Shown here piece after piece: positions 8,854 through 19,513 of a stretch of 64,000 nucleotides of DNA. The stretch is from Candidatus Obscuribacteraceae bacterium. GTDB taxonomy: Bacteria; Cyanobacteriota; Vampirovibrionia; Obscuribacterales; Obscuribacteraceae. The stretch is from positions 32,001-96,000 of the forward strand of contig JBGASG010000009.1 in the NCBI GenBank assembly GCA_044229845.1. The letters run 5' to 3'. The notes under the pieces are model-generated. The model was not told the DNA's origin and made no database searches. It saw only the letters and a program-made list of their open reading frames with translations. The stretch's first letter is position 1, and each line of letters starts with the position of its first letter. The position numbers and the translations under genes are program-made.

Positions 8854-10827
8854 CACTTCGACAGAGCCTGCCCGGTTAGTTTTGCGCTTTCGATTCTTGG
8901 GGTGAAGGTTGCCAGTGCTGTGGAATCGTTGTCGGTGGACATGATCTGGCGGGCTTCGGACCATGTCTTGTCGGCAATCTCTGTTTTTCCGGTCTTATAA
9001 TAGTGCCCGGCTAAATGTGCAAGCGATACGGCCATCTGATGATTGCGGGCTTGACCCTGTACTTTTGACGCGGTGTCGAGCGCGTCTTTGTAGTACTTGA
9101 GCGCCAGGTCGGACTCGCCGTGCTTTTGTTCGAGCTCAGCGAACATACACAGCCCATCGATTTTGGTGCACAGATAATTGGTGTCAGTAGGCGGAACATC
9201 CACGCTTGCCGTCCAATCCAGCCAGTCCTGGATACGTTGCATGCCTTCCGGCTTGCGCTGCTGGTTGAGGTTTTTAGCCAGGTTGATCATGCTGGCGGAG
9301 ACAACGTCCGGGTGAGATTGAGTTCTTGTGAGAGCCAGTGCCTTGCGCCTCAGCGGTTCAGCTTTGTTCCAATCGTTGGTGCTTTCGTACGCCTCGGCCA
9401 GGCGAGCGAGCGCTTCGGAGTAGAGGCGATTGGTGTTGCTGTTTTCGCCGTACTCTTTTAGTGCGGCTTCGGCGGCGGTCACCGCTTTCTCTGCAACAGC
9501 GCGAGCTTCCGCGATCTTGTTCTGGCTGAACAATGTGTATGTCCAGTCTTTGTAAAAGTCACACTGGTCGGTGGGCGGAATTTTGGTAACCAGCGGAGCA
9601 CCTTGTTCGTAAACGCGACCGGCTTCCTCAATGCGATTGAGTCGATGCAGAGTCTGGGCAAGATGGTGCTTGATCTGGCATCTAGTAATCAAACTTGTCT
9701 TGTCCGGATACTCTTGCGCTAACTGATCGGCGCGAGCATAAGCCCTGGCTGCCTGTGCAAATTGCTCTCCATGGAAGAGAAGATCGGCGCGGCTGTGTGC
9801 AATCGATGCGCTGGTGATGCGTTGTAGATCGTCCCCCGGCGCGCTGCCACCCGTTTCGCTTTCGTGGTGGGGCTGCAACCAGATTTCGAGGGCAGTGGCG
9901 GCGATTAATAACAAACAAGCCATTGCCGGCACCAGAAGGCGCAGTCGTGCCGAGGAAGCCGCGCCGGCTGTGAGCGGCGAATTGCCTGGGACGCGATTTG
10001 GCGGCTTTCGCGTGGCGCTATCTTGATTTACGCAGGGCGCACCGGAGTTGAGCAGGTCCTCGAGATCGGCGCGCAGGTCTGCGGCGTTGGCATAGCGATC
10101 TTTCGGTTTCTTCGCCATGCAGCGCTGAATCAAAGCTTGCGCTTTCGGGGTCAGCCAGTTGAAGCGCTCACTTTTGCCGACTGGTTCATTGATGTGTTGA
10201 AACATCACCGCCACGCCATTGTCCGCGAGGAATGGCGGCTGTCCCGTCAGGCACTCATACAGCAAGCATCCGACCGCATAGATATCGGTACGAGCATTGA
10301 CTTCGCCTCCGACACACTGCTCGGGACTCATGTACATGACGCTGCCCATGGCTTACCTTCAAAGAAGGCTTATCGAGATTGTGCGGACTGGTGAGGATGA
10401 TGTTGGACGGTTTGATGTCTCGATGCAGAACTCCCACTTCGTGAGCATGTTCGAGCGCCAGGCAGACTTCGATGGCAATCTTGAGCGCCAGCCCAGCATC
10501 GATGCCGGTTTCGTAATCGGCAAGGAACTCATGAAGACTTATACCCGATAGTTTTTCCATCGCCAGGTAGGGGTAAATCCGCCACATCCCGTAAGCGTGG
10601 AACTGGACGATGTTGGGATGAGAGAGGCGGCTCAAGATTATCGCTTCGCGCTCGAACCGTTTCAATTCATTCTGGTCGTCGCTGGGTGCGTAGGTGAGGA
10701 GCTTCAGTGCCACCAGCCGATCCATGTCGGCTTGCAGTGCTTCGTAGACGATGCCCATGCCTCCCGATCCGATGGTGCCCCGGATCCGGTATTTGTCATC
10801 GAGGATGGTGTCATTGCTGAGAAACAT
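8853..10827 (-). pseudogene. Ser/Thr kinase-TM-TPR gene disrupted by an internal deletion with frameshift (DFG and activation loop missing)
   Basis: ORF 10255-10827 carries subdomains I-VIb up to KPSLKV. ORF 8853-10349 resumes in another frame at AMGSVMYMSPEQ. No DFG lies between them. Confidence 0.85.
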
Positions 10828-10834
10828 GACGAGC

Positions 10835-12679
10835 CTATTCGGGCAGGGGATCGTGGTCTTCTGATACCGGTATCCTGAACCAAAAATTGCTGCCTTGCCC
10901 CACTTCGCTTTCGACGCCGATGATGCCGCCGTGCGCCTCTACAATAGATTTGCAGATGGCCAGTCCAAGACCGGTGCCTCCTTTTTCCAGGCGATCGGAC
11001 AATTGCACTTGGTGAAACCTCTCGAAGATCAAAGCTTTCTGCGATGGCGGCACGCCGCGCCCTTCGTCGATGACATTGACGTGCAACCAGCCTCTGTCGT
11101 CTTCCTGGCAGCGAACGCTCACCTTGCCGTCGCGGGGTGAAAACTTGATGGCGTTCGAGAGCAGATTGATCATCACCTGCACGAGCTTGGCGCCGTCGGC
11201 CATGATTTCCAGTCCCGTTTCCGGTGCTTCCAGTGACACCTGTTGCATCTCGGCCGAGTGTGCCACCACCGATAGCGAGCGAGAAACAATCGAGTCGACC
11301 GAGACCGGACCGGCTTCCATCTGCAGTCTTCCAGACTGCATTTTCTCGATGTCCAGCAAGCTGTTGATCATTTCGACGAGCCGTTTGATTTCCGTCTCAG
11401 CCTGGCTGACCAGTGCTTCACCTCGTTCATCGAGATTGCCGACCGTGCTCGAGCCCAGTATATGCAAGGTGTTTTGAATCATAGTCAAAGGTGTGCGCAG
11501 GTCGTGGCTTACCATGCTCACCAGTTGTCTCTTAAGTTGTTCGACGGCGTGGCGTTCGCTGACATCGAGAATGGCTGCCAGCAACTTGCGCGCACCGCTC
11601 ATGGTGAATTCCGTCAGTGAAACTTGCACCGGCACCGGTGACCGATCTTTTTTGATGCCGGTCATGTCGACGATGCCGCCCAGACAGCGGTTGATGGTGT
11701 CACTCATGGCAGACGGATCTTTGCCGAACTCGTTGGTGAACAGCACAGAAAGGTGCTCGCCGAGAAGATCGTCCCATTTGTAGTTGAACAGGTTGTCAGT
11801 TTGATTGTTGGTCATCTCAATAAAGCCGCGCTCGTCCATGATCAAAAGACCGACCGGCATACTCTCCATAATCAAACGGATGCGCGATTCGCTCTCGCGC
11901 AGCAACTCTTCAGCCAGTTTGCGGTGCGTGATGTCGTGAGCGACGCAAAAGTACGCCTGTTCTTCCGACGACCAGTAGACCGACCACGACACACTGAGCG
12001 TGGTGCCTTCCTTGGTGACGATGGTGCTCTCGAACTTGCTCTGTTTCTCAGCCCGGGCTTGCAAGAGACCTTTGCTGGTTTCTTCCGCCTCGCCCGCGGC
12101 AACGAACTCCGTGAGCGTTCTGCCGATCAGTTCGCGCTGGGCGTATTTCCAGAGTTTCTCCACAGATGGGCTGACCGACACAAATTCGAAATTGCGATTG
12201 AGCGAGCAGATCACGTCCATGGCATTGTCGAGAATGGCCCGCTCGCGTTTGGCTGCGCCTTCGACTGCGCGAGCCATGTCGTGGAAAATCTGATCGAGGC
12301 GCGACAGTTCGTCGCTGCCCGTGAGCACCGGGTGCAGCGGTTCGTTACGGGCGAAACGGCGTGAGTTGTCCACGGCGCGCGCCAGACGCTTTTTGATGCT
12401 GGAGCCGAAGACCACCACCACAGCTACGCTGGCGGCTATATTGACCAGGCTGCCGAACAGGACAGTTTGTTCGATCAGTTGCCGATAGTGTTGCGATGAA
12501 TGGGCGGGCGGATGGCTGGCCGAGGACTGGGCTGCTTGTCCTGATTCGAATGTGGTCGCCAGTTCTTCTTCGTGCACCAGAAAGAGCAACGCCGCCATGA
12601 TGCAGATGCCCAATGCCACGGGCACCGCCACGAGAATGAGCCCTTTATGGGTTATCGACTGGTTGGAGAGAGTAAGCAT
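10835..12679 (-). CDS. Membrane sensor histidine kinase (2 TM, HAMP-like, 2 PAS, HisKA, HATPase)
   Basis: SHDLRTPL H-box, [14 protein letters not shown] and GTGLGL motifs; two PAS/PAC units. Confidence 0.95.
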   Translation of the reverse strand: MLTLSNQSITHKGLILVAVPVALGICIMAALLFLVHEEELATTFESGQAAQSSASHPPAHSSQHYRQLIEQTVLFGSLVNIAASVAVVVVFGSSIKKRLARAVDNSRRFARNEPLHPVLTGSDELSRLDQIFHDMARAVEGAAKRERAILDNAMDVICSLNRNFEFVSVSPSVEKLWKYAQRELIGRTLTEFVAAGEAEETSKGLLQARAEKQSKFESTIVTKEGTTLSVSWSVYWSSEEQAYFCVAHDITHRKLAEELLRESESRIRLIMESMPVGLLIMDERGFIEMTNNQTDNLFNYKWDDLLGEHLSVLFTNEFGKDPSAMSDTINRCLGGIVDMTGIKKDRSPVPVQVSLTEFTMSGARKLLAAILDVSERHAVEQLKRQLVSMVSHDLRTPLTMIQNTLHILGSSTVGNLDERGEALVSQAETEIKRLVEMINSLLDIEKMQSGRLQMEAGPVSVDSIVSRSLSVVAHSAEMQQVSLEAPETGLEIMADGAKLVQVMINLLSNAIKFSPRDGKVSVRCQEDDRGWLHVNVIDEGRGVPPSQKALIFERFHQVQLSDRLEKGGTGLGLAICKSIVEAHGGIIGVESEVGQGSNFWFRIPVSEDHDPLPE

Positions 12680-12892
12680 GACGCCCTGTGGGCAATACGC
12701 CGAAAGTTTAGCCCCAGTGGCCCTTTACCCCATAGATAGACTAAGAAAACGTCTAGATCTAGATCTGGCAGTGACGGACTGCTTGCCAAGGGCTGGGTCG
12801 TGGGCGGTGGTTTATTATTATCAGTGCCTGAATACGGCGCGTCAGGACTGCGGCCGGGTAGCGGTATCAAATATGGTGCAAGGAGTAGAGCG

Positions 12893-13690
12893 ATGGGACT
12901 GGACACATACGGCGGCGGCGTACTGCTCGTGCTGGGCAGCGCGATTCTGGCTGTAATCGGACTTCTGATCACGCGCAAAGTTATCGATCTCGATCGCCTG
13001 CGCGCGTCGCACGATGTCGGCGGTTACTTGCTGTCCGTCGTCGGCACGCTCTATGCGGTATTGCTGGGGTTGGTTGTCGTTGACGCTATGTCCAAGTTTT
13101 CGCTGGCGCGAGAAGTGACTGAGCGCGAAGCCAACTGCCTGGCTGACGTGTATGTTCTGGCTGAATGCCTGCCTGAGAAGAAACGAGACGAGGTGCGAAC
13201 CATCTGCGTCAACTACGCCAGTGCAGTCATCGACACGGAGTGGGACGACATGGACGAGGGTGCTTACTGTCCGGTAGCTCACAAGACAGCAGTGGATCTC
13301 ATGCAATCGCTGATGAATTTCGAACCGGTTAGCGAGAATCAAAAGGCACTTTTCCCGCTCATAGTGGCGGATGCGGGAGATATGTGGAAGGCGCGTCGAC
13401 AGCGCATCAACATGGCTTTGAACGGAATTGATAATGCTGAATGGTTCACGCTCATTGTCGGTGGTGCGATCACGATCTTCTTCACCTTCTTCTTCGGCCT
13501 GGAAAATCTCAAGTTGCAGATCGCCATGACAGCAATGGTGGCAGTGCTGATCTCGCTGAACGTTTATCTGGTGGCACTGTTCGGATATCCCTTCTCCGGT
13601 GATCTGAAAATCGGCACGGATTCTTTTCGCATCGACCAGGGGATTTTCGATAATCGGGTCGGCTTGCGCACCGGGGCGGGTATTCATTAA
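12893..13690 (+). CDS. DUF4239-like (bestrophin-like) membrane protein
   Basis: AGGAG RBS; VGTLYAVLLGLVVV, EA..L, EW and YPFSG motifs; paralog at 37767-38561. Confidence 0.8.
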   Translation: MGLDTYGGGVLLVLGSAILAVIGLLITRKVIDLDRLRASHDVGGYLLSVVGTLYAVLLGLVVVDAMSKFSLAREVTEREANCLADVYVLAECLPEKKRDEVRTICVNYASAVIDTEWDDMDEGAYCPVAHKTAVDLMQSLMNFEPVSENQKALFPLIVADAGDMWKARRQRINMALNGIDNAEWFTLIVGGAITIFFTFFFGLENLKLQIAMTAMVAVLISLNVYLVALFGYPFSGDLKIGTDSFRIDQGIFDNRVGLRTGAGIH

Positions 13691-13854
13691 GACAGGTGGG
13701 TTGGGCTCAGTGTCTGAAAGTGGCCATGAGCAGCACGTTTAGAGCCGCATCCCATAGGCTTTTTGCTTTCCAATGCCCTTGTTGGAAAGCTTCGTGATAA
13801 TTATCTTGGCAGCGACGGATTTGCTGGGAGCCGGCGCGTGCACTGGGTGAAAAA

Positions 13855-14190
13855 ATGAAAAGCGAGATGGGAAACGACCTCCACCGTCGTGTCTGGTGGA
13901 TTTGTCCGGCCGGTCCGGGGCATGTTTGGCAAAGCGACAGTGCGGAGCCCACAGCTGAGGGCGCCGGTCCGGGATGTCCCTGCTGCGCAGGTGGGCATCC
14001 GAGTGTCGAGGATTGCCTGAAAGCTGTTCATCAGAAGCCCAATCAGTGGCGCGGCTCTGAGCCTTCCTTTCACAGGCGCGGATGGTGGCGCTGCACTATC
14101 AACGAACAACATTACTTTTTCATTCCACCAGAAATGGATACTGCTAGCGAGGGACCGCTGCCGGATTGCCCGTTTTGCTTTGGACACTGA
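13855..14190 (+). CDS. Small protein with two zinc-ribbon (DUF4379-like) units
   Basis: VWWICPAGPGHVW..GCPCC and WWRCTINEQHYF..CPFC. Confidence 0.7.
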   Translation: MKSEMGNDLHRRVWWICPAGPGHVWQSDSAEPTAEGAGPGCPCCAGGHPSVEDCLKAVHQKPNQWRGSEPSFHRRGWWRCTINEQHYFFIPPEMDTASEGPLPDCPFCFGH

Positions 14191-14381
14191 TTATGTCCAG
14201 TAATGCCCGGTTGGCGTGCCGGAAGCCGGGCAAACGAGCGTTCCTGAGCTAGCACTACATACAGTGGCAGTGAGCTCTGCCTGTTCAATGCCACCGTAGA
14301 CCGGATGACTCGATCTGACGATCGGGTCATTCTGTCGTCCAGCCCAGCCGGAATCGTGAGATTTCCGGGTATAGTGGCTCT

Positions 14382-16511
14382 ATGGAGCGCAAACCACCTG
14401 AAGTCAAGCAACAAGAGGAATTGCCCGAGCTGCGCGCGGTCGATGAAGAGAATTCCACGCGCACGAAATCGGCAGCTGACAGCAGCAGCGTCAATAAGGC
14501 GTACAAGCGTGCCCAAGCTCTCGTAGGCAAGCAGATCGGCGGGCACTACGAAATCATCACGCTGTTATCCAGCGGCGGCATGAGTGCGGTGTTCAAGGCT
14601 CGGCACGTGATCCTGGACCGCATAATGGCTATCAAGGTTGTGCTCAGCGATGATGCCATTGACGAGAGCAGCGTCCGGCGTTTTAAGCAGGAAGCGGCGG
14701 CCACTATTGCTTTGAACCATCCGCACATAGTGAAGGTCACCGAATTCGGGGTCGACGAAAGTGCCGGGCCGTTTCTCGTCATGGAATGGCTCGACGGACT
14801 ATCGCTGCGAGAAGTCTTCGAAAATACCGACAAGCTGGGCACCGAACGTAGTATCAAAATTGCGCGCCAGACGTGTGAGGCGCTCGAACACGCTCACCAG
14901 CACGGCATCGTTCATCGCGACATCAAGCCAGCCAACATTATGCTTCTCAAGGATGCAGACGGCAACGACGTAGTGAAGGTGGTCGACTTCGGGATCGCCA
15001 AAATTTTGAGCGGCGAAGAGTTGCAGCAGCATCTGACGCAGACGAGCGAGATGCTCGGCACACCGCAGTATATGTCGCCCGAGCAGTGCCTGGGTAATCC
15101 GCTCGATAAGCGCAGCGACATCTATTCTTTGGGATGCGTGGTGTACGAGATGCTGAGCGGTCACCCACCGCATCGCGGCGAGAACATCCTGCAGACCTTG
15201 CATAAGCATGTAAGTGATGCGGCGGACCCGATTGCCGGCGTTTCGTCGCAGCTGAATCAAGTAGTTGCGAAGTCGATGGCGAAGGATGCGCAGGATCGAT
15301 TTCAGTCCGCGTCTGAGTTTTCATCCGCTCTGGCAAATCCCAGTATGGTGCCGGTGCGCAAGCCACCGGCGCCGGGGCGCCGAACGTCGGGATGGGTTTG
15401 GGGCGCCGTTGGCGCGCTGATGTTGATGCTGCTTACCGCAGCTGCGGTCTTTACCTATTCACTGATTCCGTCCGACTGGAATCCGGCAAAACCTGGACCC
15501 GACGGCTGGACCTGGCACTATGAAGATCCGGGCGTATTTCTCAATTACGAGGAGTACGAGAAACGGCAGGACCAGCTGGACAAGTCGGCAAAGTACATCA
15601 ATAGTTTCTTGCGCAGTCCCAAGTCGCTAAATCGAGATGAGATGGCTCGCCATCTGGGTTTCTTTGAAGAATTTCTTGTGGATGATGAAGGCACCACGTA
15701 CGAGCCTGGACATTCTTATCCATATTACGAGCGCTGTGTTGAAGCTGATGGGATGATGAAGAAGTTGATTGCCATCCCGGCAATTGCGAAGGATCCGCAT
15801 CTGGCCGCTCGCGTGCACGAAATTGCTTCGCTGGGTGCCTATGGCAGGAGAGACTTTCCGCGATGCGTGACTGAGGGGCAGAAGGCCCTGGAACCATGGA
15901 AACAGCTCAAAGAGATTTACACCAAACCTTACTACCGCACTCAACTGCGAGTGGCGAATGCACTCTTCTGGCAGAAGAAGTATGAGGATGCGAACAGCGA
16001 GTATCTGAAAACGGACATGGTCGCATTTCCGCGCGTGGTGAAAAGTCTGTACGATCCGCGTTTGGGCTTCATCCACGCGCGCCGAGGCGACTGCAGTCTG
16101 CGGGCGGGCATTCCAGTGCATGCCGCTTCCAGCTATATGCTGGCGGAGTCCCACTGGTTGAGCACGAAGTATTGGAAGCAAGACGCGGCGATCGGAGTGT
16201 TGTATTTGAATTACATTGGTGCCACCACGGGAGATTGGCCTTCGCCCAACACGATTTCCGTGCCGGACAATGTGAAGGGGGTCCGCTATGACGAGCGTTG
16301 TTTACCTGAATTGCGGGAAGCCTTCAAAGACTCACAGTACTATCCGGTAGTGCTTCGCCAGTATGCGTCGGTTCTCTGGAAGGAGAAACGCTACGCGGAA
16401 GCACTGCAACTAAGTTTTGAAGCGCGTTTCATGGATGTGTCCAGGAAAGAGAAACTGAGGGCTTATCCGCTTGTGAAAAACGAACTGCAGAAGCAGACGA
16501 CTGATCCTTAG
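14382..16511 (+). CDS. Hanks-type Ser/Thr kinase with TM segment and TPR-like C-terminus
   Basis: SSGGMS, AIK, HRDIKPAN, DFG and GTPQYMSPEQ motifs; hydrophobic TM segment. Confidence 0.93.
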   Translation: MERKPPEVKQQEELPELRAVDEENSTRTKSAADSSSVNKAYKRAQALVGKQIGGHYEIITLLSSGGMSAVFKARHVILDRIMAIKVVLSDDAIDESSVRRFKQEAAATIALNHPHIVKVTEFGVDESAGPFLVMEWLDGLSLREVFENTDKLGTERSIKIARQTCEALEHAHQHGIVHRDIKPANIMLLKDADGNDVVKVVDFGIAKILSGEELQQHLTQTSEMLGTPQYMSPEQCLGNPLDKRSDIYSLGCVVYEMLSGHPPHRGENILQTLHKHVSDAADPIAGVSSQLNQVVAKSMAKDAQDRFQSASEFSSALANPSMVPVRKPPAPGRRTSGWVWGAVGALMLMLLTAAAVFTYSLIPSDWNPAKPGPDGWTWHYEDPGVFLNYEEYEKRQDQLDKSAKYINSFLRSPKSLNRDEMARHLGFFEEFLVDDEGTTYEPGHSYPYYERCVEADGMMKKLIAIPAIAKDPHLAARVHEIASLGAYGRRDFPRCVTEGQKALEPWKQLKEIYTKPYYRTQLRVANALFWQKKYEDANSEYLKTDMVAFPRVVKSLYDPRLGFIHARRGDCSLRAGIPVHAASSYMLAESHWLSTKYWKQDAAIGVLYLNYIGATTGDWPSPNTISVPDNVKGVRYDERCLPELREAFKDSQYYPVVLRQYASVLWKEKRYAEALQLSFEARFMDVSRKEKLRAYPLVKNELQKQTTDP

Positions 16512-16514
16512 ATT

Positions 16515-16549
16515 GGCGACTGGTCTGCGGTGGGCGACTGGTCTGCGGT
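16515..16549. repeat. Tandem duplication with 18-bp period
   Basis: GGCGACTGGTCTGCGGT at 16515-16531 and 16533-16549. Confidence 0.85.
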
Positions 16550-16619
16550 AGGCGGCGCTGATACAATAGGTCGACGCGGCGGAGGTCGGGTACTGTTGCG
16601 CCGCCAGGGAGAAATTGTC

Positions 16620-17054
16620 ATGAGTGGCTGGAAACTGGACTACGTTCCGAGCGATAGCGACGAAGTGCTCGGATTTTTGCAGATGTGCATTGAGCGGCGT
16701 TTTCATCGCGCCGTGCAGCTGGAATTTGAAAAACTGACCCGCATCGACCACTCGCGCATATGGGTTGAGACGGATGTCGGGGGCAGTCCCATGATGATGG
16801 ATCAATCCAGAGCCAGCAATTATTGCTACGGTAAAGGTGTACGCACTATGGGCTGGTCGGCGCATGGCGCTACCTGCGGTGGCTTCGGACCTGGTGTGGA
16901 TGATGAGACGATTCAGAAAGCGCTCGCTGAGACCCTGGAAGAGAAGGTGAGCATCTTTCCGGATGCGCAGCATTATGCGCTGTTTGCGACCGTGTCAGGC
17001 GATCCGCCGCAAATGTTGATCTGGCACAAGGGTCCGCTCAAGCAGACTCCATAA
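16620..17054 (+). CDS. Hypothetical protein with divergent beta-carbonic-anhydrase-like Cys/His/Cys motifs
   Basis: GGGAG RBS before ATG 16620; CIERRF and AHGATCGG motifs. Confidence 0.6.
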   Translation: MSGWKLDYVPSDSDEVLGFLQMCIERRFHRAVQLEFEKLTRIDHSRIWVETDVGGSPMMMDQSRASNYCYGKGVRTMGWSAHGATCGGFGPGVDDETIQKALAETLEEKVSIFPDAQHYALFATVSGDPPQMLIWHKGPLKQTP

Positions 17055-17076
17055 GCATGACGCTCACGGAGGCGGA

Positions 17077-18402
17077 ATGCGCTACCTTCACCTTATAAAG
17101 AGCAGCATTGTCGGAGCGCTCGGCGGGCTGCTCTTTGGATTTGACACGGCTGTAATTTCCGGGACCACGCACTCGCTGGTGGAAACGTTCAGGCTGGATC
17201 CGGCAGCACTGGGAATTACCGTGTCCAGTGCATTGTGGGGCACTGTTATCAGTGCGATGCTGGCTGGCATTCCCGGTGAGAAACTGGGCGCTCGCGAGTC
17301 GTTGCGCATCACTGCCGCACTGTATGTGGTATCGGCACTTGGCTGTGCGCTGGCCTGGAACTGGTGGTCGCTTTTGATTTTCCGCTTCATCGGTGGATTG
17401 GGCATTGGTGCTTCCTCTGTGCTGGGACCCGTCTATATCGCCGAACTGGCGCCGGCTGCCTGGCGCGGACGACTGGTGGGGATGTTTCAGGTCAATATCG
17501 TGATCGGCATTCTGCTGGCATACTTCTCTAACTATGTGATCGGATTGCAGCATCTGGGCATGGACGAATGGCGATGGCAGCTGGGTGTTTCGGCACTGCC
17601 GGCGGTGCTATTTCTTCTAATGTTGTTTTTTATTCCTCGCAGCCCTCGCTGGTTGGTGAGCAGAGGCTTGCGGGATGAGGCGCGTGCCGTATTGCAGTTA
17701 ACCGGCGTTGGCGATCCGGATGCCGAGTTGCAGGAGATCGTCGCGTCGCTGGGTGAGGAGGTGTCACGGCAGAAAGAGCGTCTTTTCTCTCGCAAGTATT
17801 TGAAGCCGATCTTCTTGGCGTTGACGATTGGCATGTTCAATCAGTTGTCCGGTATCAATGCGATTCTCTATTATCTAAACGACATTTTCGCTAAGGCGGG
17901 CTTCAGCAGCTTGTCGGGGAACATCCAGGCGGTGATCGTCGGTGGTACCAATCTCGTTTTTACTCTGTTCGCCATGGCGTCGATCGATAAATTCGGGCGT
18001 AAGCCATTGCTACTGATCGGAGCGGTGGGTACGGCGCTCTGTCTCTTCGGAGTGGCGGCGATATTCTACATGCACGCTAACGAGAATGCCTTGATCTGGT
18101 TATTGATGGCCTACATTGGATTTTTCGCGTTTTCGCAAGGGTCGGTGATCTGGGTTTATATCAGCGAGATTTTTCCCACCCCGGTGCGCGCGCGTGGGCA
18201 GAGTCTGGGCAGTTCCTCGCATTGGGTCATGAATGCGATAATTTCGGCGGCATTTCCGGTGGTTGCCCAATCTTCGGGTGGGCTGCCATTTGCCGTATTT
18301 GGTGTGATGATGATTGTGCAGTTGATTGTGGTGCTGCTCTACTATCCCGAAACCAAGGGGGTGTCTCTCGAGGAGTTGCAGCACAAGCTGGGGGTCGGCT
18401 GA
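17077..18402 (+). CDS. Sugar porter family MFS transporter
   Basis: GGLLFGFDTAVISG, YIAELAP..RG, QLSGINAILYY, DKFGRK and PETKG motifs. Confidence 0.95.
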   Translation: MRYLHLIKSSIVGALGGLLFGFDTAVISGTTHSLVETFRLDPAALGITVSSALWGTVISAMLAGIPGEKLGARESLRITAALYVVSALGCALAWNWWSLLIFRFIGGLGIGASSVLGPVYIAELAPAAWRGRLVGMFQVNIVIGILLAYFSNYVIGLQHLGMDEWRWQLGVSALPAVLFLLMLFFIPRSPRWLVSRGLRDEARAVLQLTGVGDPDAELQEIVASLGEEVSRQKERLFSRKYLKPIFLALTIGMFNQLSGINAILYYLNDIFAKAGFSSLSGNIQAVIVGGTNLVFTLFAMASIDKFGRKPLLLIGAVGTALCLFGVAAIFYMHANENALIWLLMAYIGFFAFSQGSVIWVYISEIFPTPVRARGQSLGSSSHWVMNAIISAAFPVVAQSSGGLPFAVFGVMMIVQLIVVLLYYPETKGVSLEELQHKLGVG

Positions 18403-18441
18403 TCCGGCTCTGCGCCCATAGCCACGCGCGCCCGAAGGGTG

Positions 18442-18467
18442 GAAAGAAATTTCGACAAATTTCTTTC
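18442..18467. repeat. 26-bp palindrome, copy 1
   Basis: GAAAGAAATTT-CGAC-AAATTTCTTTC, perfect 11-bp arms. Confidence 0.85.
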
Positions 18468-18611
18468 GGGGCTTCAGTCTGTGAAAAATGGGCTCCGATT
18501 CCGCACGAATAAACGCTTGAGGGGTGATTCAAATTTCGCCCAAACTCTGCGCGTGCAGGATTGCTCATATTGGGGGGCGGCAGTGATCGAAAAAACATTA
18601 AATCCCGGGTC

Positions 18612-18663
18612 CGTGAGCAGAATTGCTCATTTAGACCCCTCGAAATGAGCAATCCTGCTCACG
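18612..18663. repeat. 21-bp inverted repeat whose arms are themselves TGAGCA-N4-TGCTCA palindromes
   Basis: CGTGAGCAGAATTGCTCATTT-10 nt-AAATGAGCAATCCTGCTCACG, 20/21 complementary. Confidence 0.85.
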
Positions 18664-18700
18664 ACGCCAACGCTCCCTCCTTTCGACTGAGCAGAGGTTG

Positions 18701-18726
18701 GAAAGAAATTTCGAGATAATTCTTTC
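18701..18726. repeat. 26-bp palindrome, copy 2
   Basis: GAAAGAAATTT-CGAG-ATAATTCTTTC, 9/11 paired. Confidence 0.8.
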
Positions 18727-18730
18727 AGCC

Positions 18731-19372
18731 TTAGCGGGGTGCGCGAAGCGCGTTGTCCAGGTATCCGGCAATCGCCAGCTTGTACTCCGCCTTGATGGCG
18801 GCGCGCGAAAAATTACTGAACTGCGCAAGACAAGTCCGTTGAAAGGAATTCATAAGCGAAATGCACGTAAGTGCCATAAGCATGCGACGTTTTGGTGGAA
18901 TATCGCGCACGCGCATGCCGAATATCTCCGCCAACACGCGTGCTGTGTTCTCGCGCATGAGTTTCTCCTCTTCTGCGATCTCGGGTGACGCATCGGCCAA
19001 AACGATGATCGCCTCAAAACTGGGATTTTGCACGAAAAACTCGTCGAGCATGTCGAAGATTTGTTCGACGATTTCTGGAACATCGAGCTTGAGAAATTCG
19101 GGAGTCACCTTTTTGCGAAAGAGGTCGAGAATCTGCCCCGAGTAGCGTTCGGACAGTGCTGTGAACAGAGCTTTCTTATCCGGAAAGAACCTATATAAGG
19201 ATCCAATCGAGGTGCCCGCCTCTCTGGCTATGGCGTTGGTGGTCGCGTTGTCGTAGCCGACATCGGTGAACACCCGTTCGGCGGCATCCAGGATCACACT
19301 AATACGCGCCGCCGAGCGATCCTGCTGGGGAAGTCGGCGCATGTTTGATTCTGGTATTCCTGGACCTTTCAT
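18731..19372 (-). CDS. TetR/AcrR family transcriptional regulator
   Basis: PQQDRS..ILDAAERVF...GY..TTNAIAREAGTSIGSLYRFFPDK helix-turn-helix. Confidence 0.95.
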   Translation of the reverse strand: MKGPGIPESNMRRLPQQDRSAARISVILDAAERVFTDVGYDNATTNAIAREAGTSIGSLYRFFPDKKALFTALSERYSGQILDLFRKKVTPEFLKLDVPEIVEQIFDMLDEFFVQNPSFEAIIVLADASPEIAEEEKLMRENTARVLAEIFGMRVRDIPPKRRMLMALTCISLMNSFQRTCLAQFSNFSRAAIKAEYKLAIAGYLDNALRAPR

Positions 19373-19390
19373 ATAAGCGTATCGCTACCC

Positions 19391-19446
19391 TTGACAAAAG
19401 CGAGCATTTGCTCGTATTATAGCAAACGTGAGCAAAGACTCGCGTT
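19391..19446 (+). promoter_or_regulatory. Sigma70-like promoter of devBCA with putative TetR operators
   Basis: TTGACA (19391) with an 18-nt spacer to TATTAT (19415). The spacer holds the perfect palindrome CGAGCA-TT-TGCTCG, and a second imperfect copy AACGTGAGCAAAGACTCGCGTT lies downstream. Confidence 0.75.
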
Positions 19447-19513
19447 GTAAAAAAGGTCCTCAAAATCCAAACCCCACTCCCCTCAAAGCAAGGTTCTTTT
19501 CCGGTGCAAGCCA

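Noticed and set aside
10351..10360. AAG/GTAAG splice-donor-like sequence at the kinase break
   Set aside because: The context is bacterial and sequence is missing rather than inserted; coincidental.
12842..13687. Long antisense ORFs (also 44509-45516, 47955-48875, 49283-50308, 26507-27316, 63041-63871)
   Set aside because: They shadow well-supported genes on the opposite strand, lack motifs, and are expected from GC-rich codon bias.
16515..16549. Direct repeats as a possible CRISPR remnant (also 19607-19666)
   Set aside because: They are adjacent tandem units without spacers, and there are no cas genes in the window.
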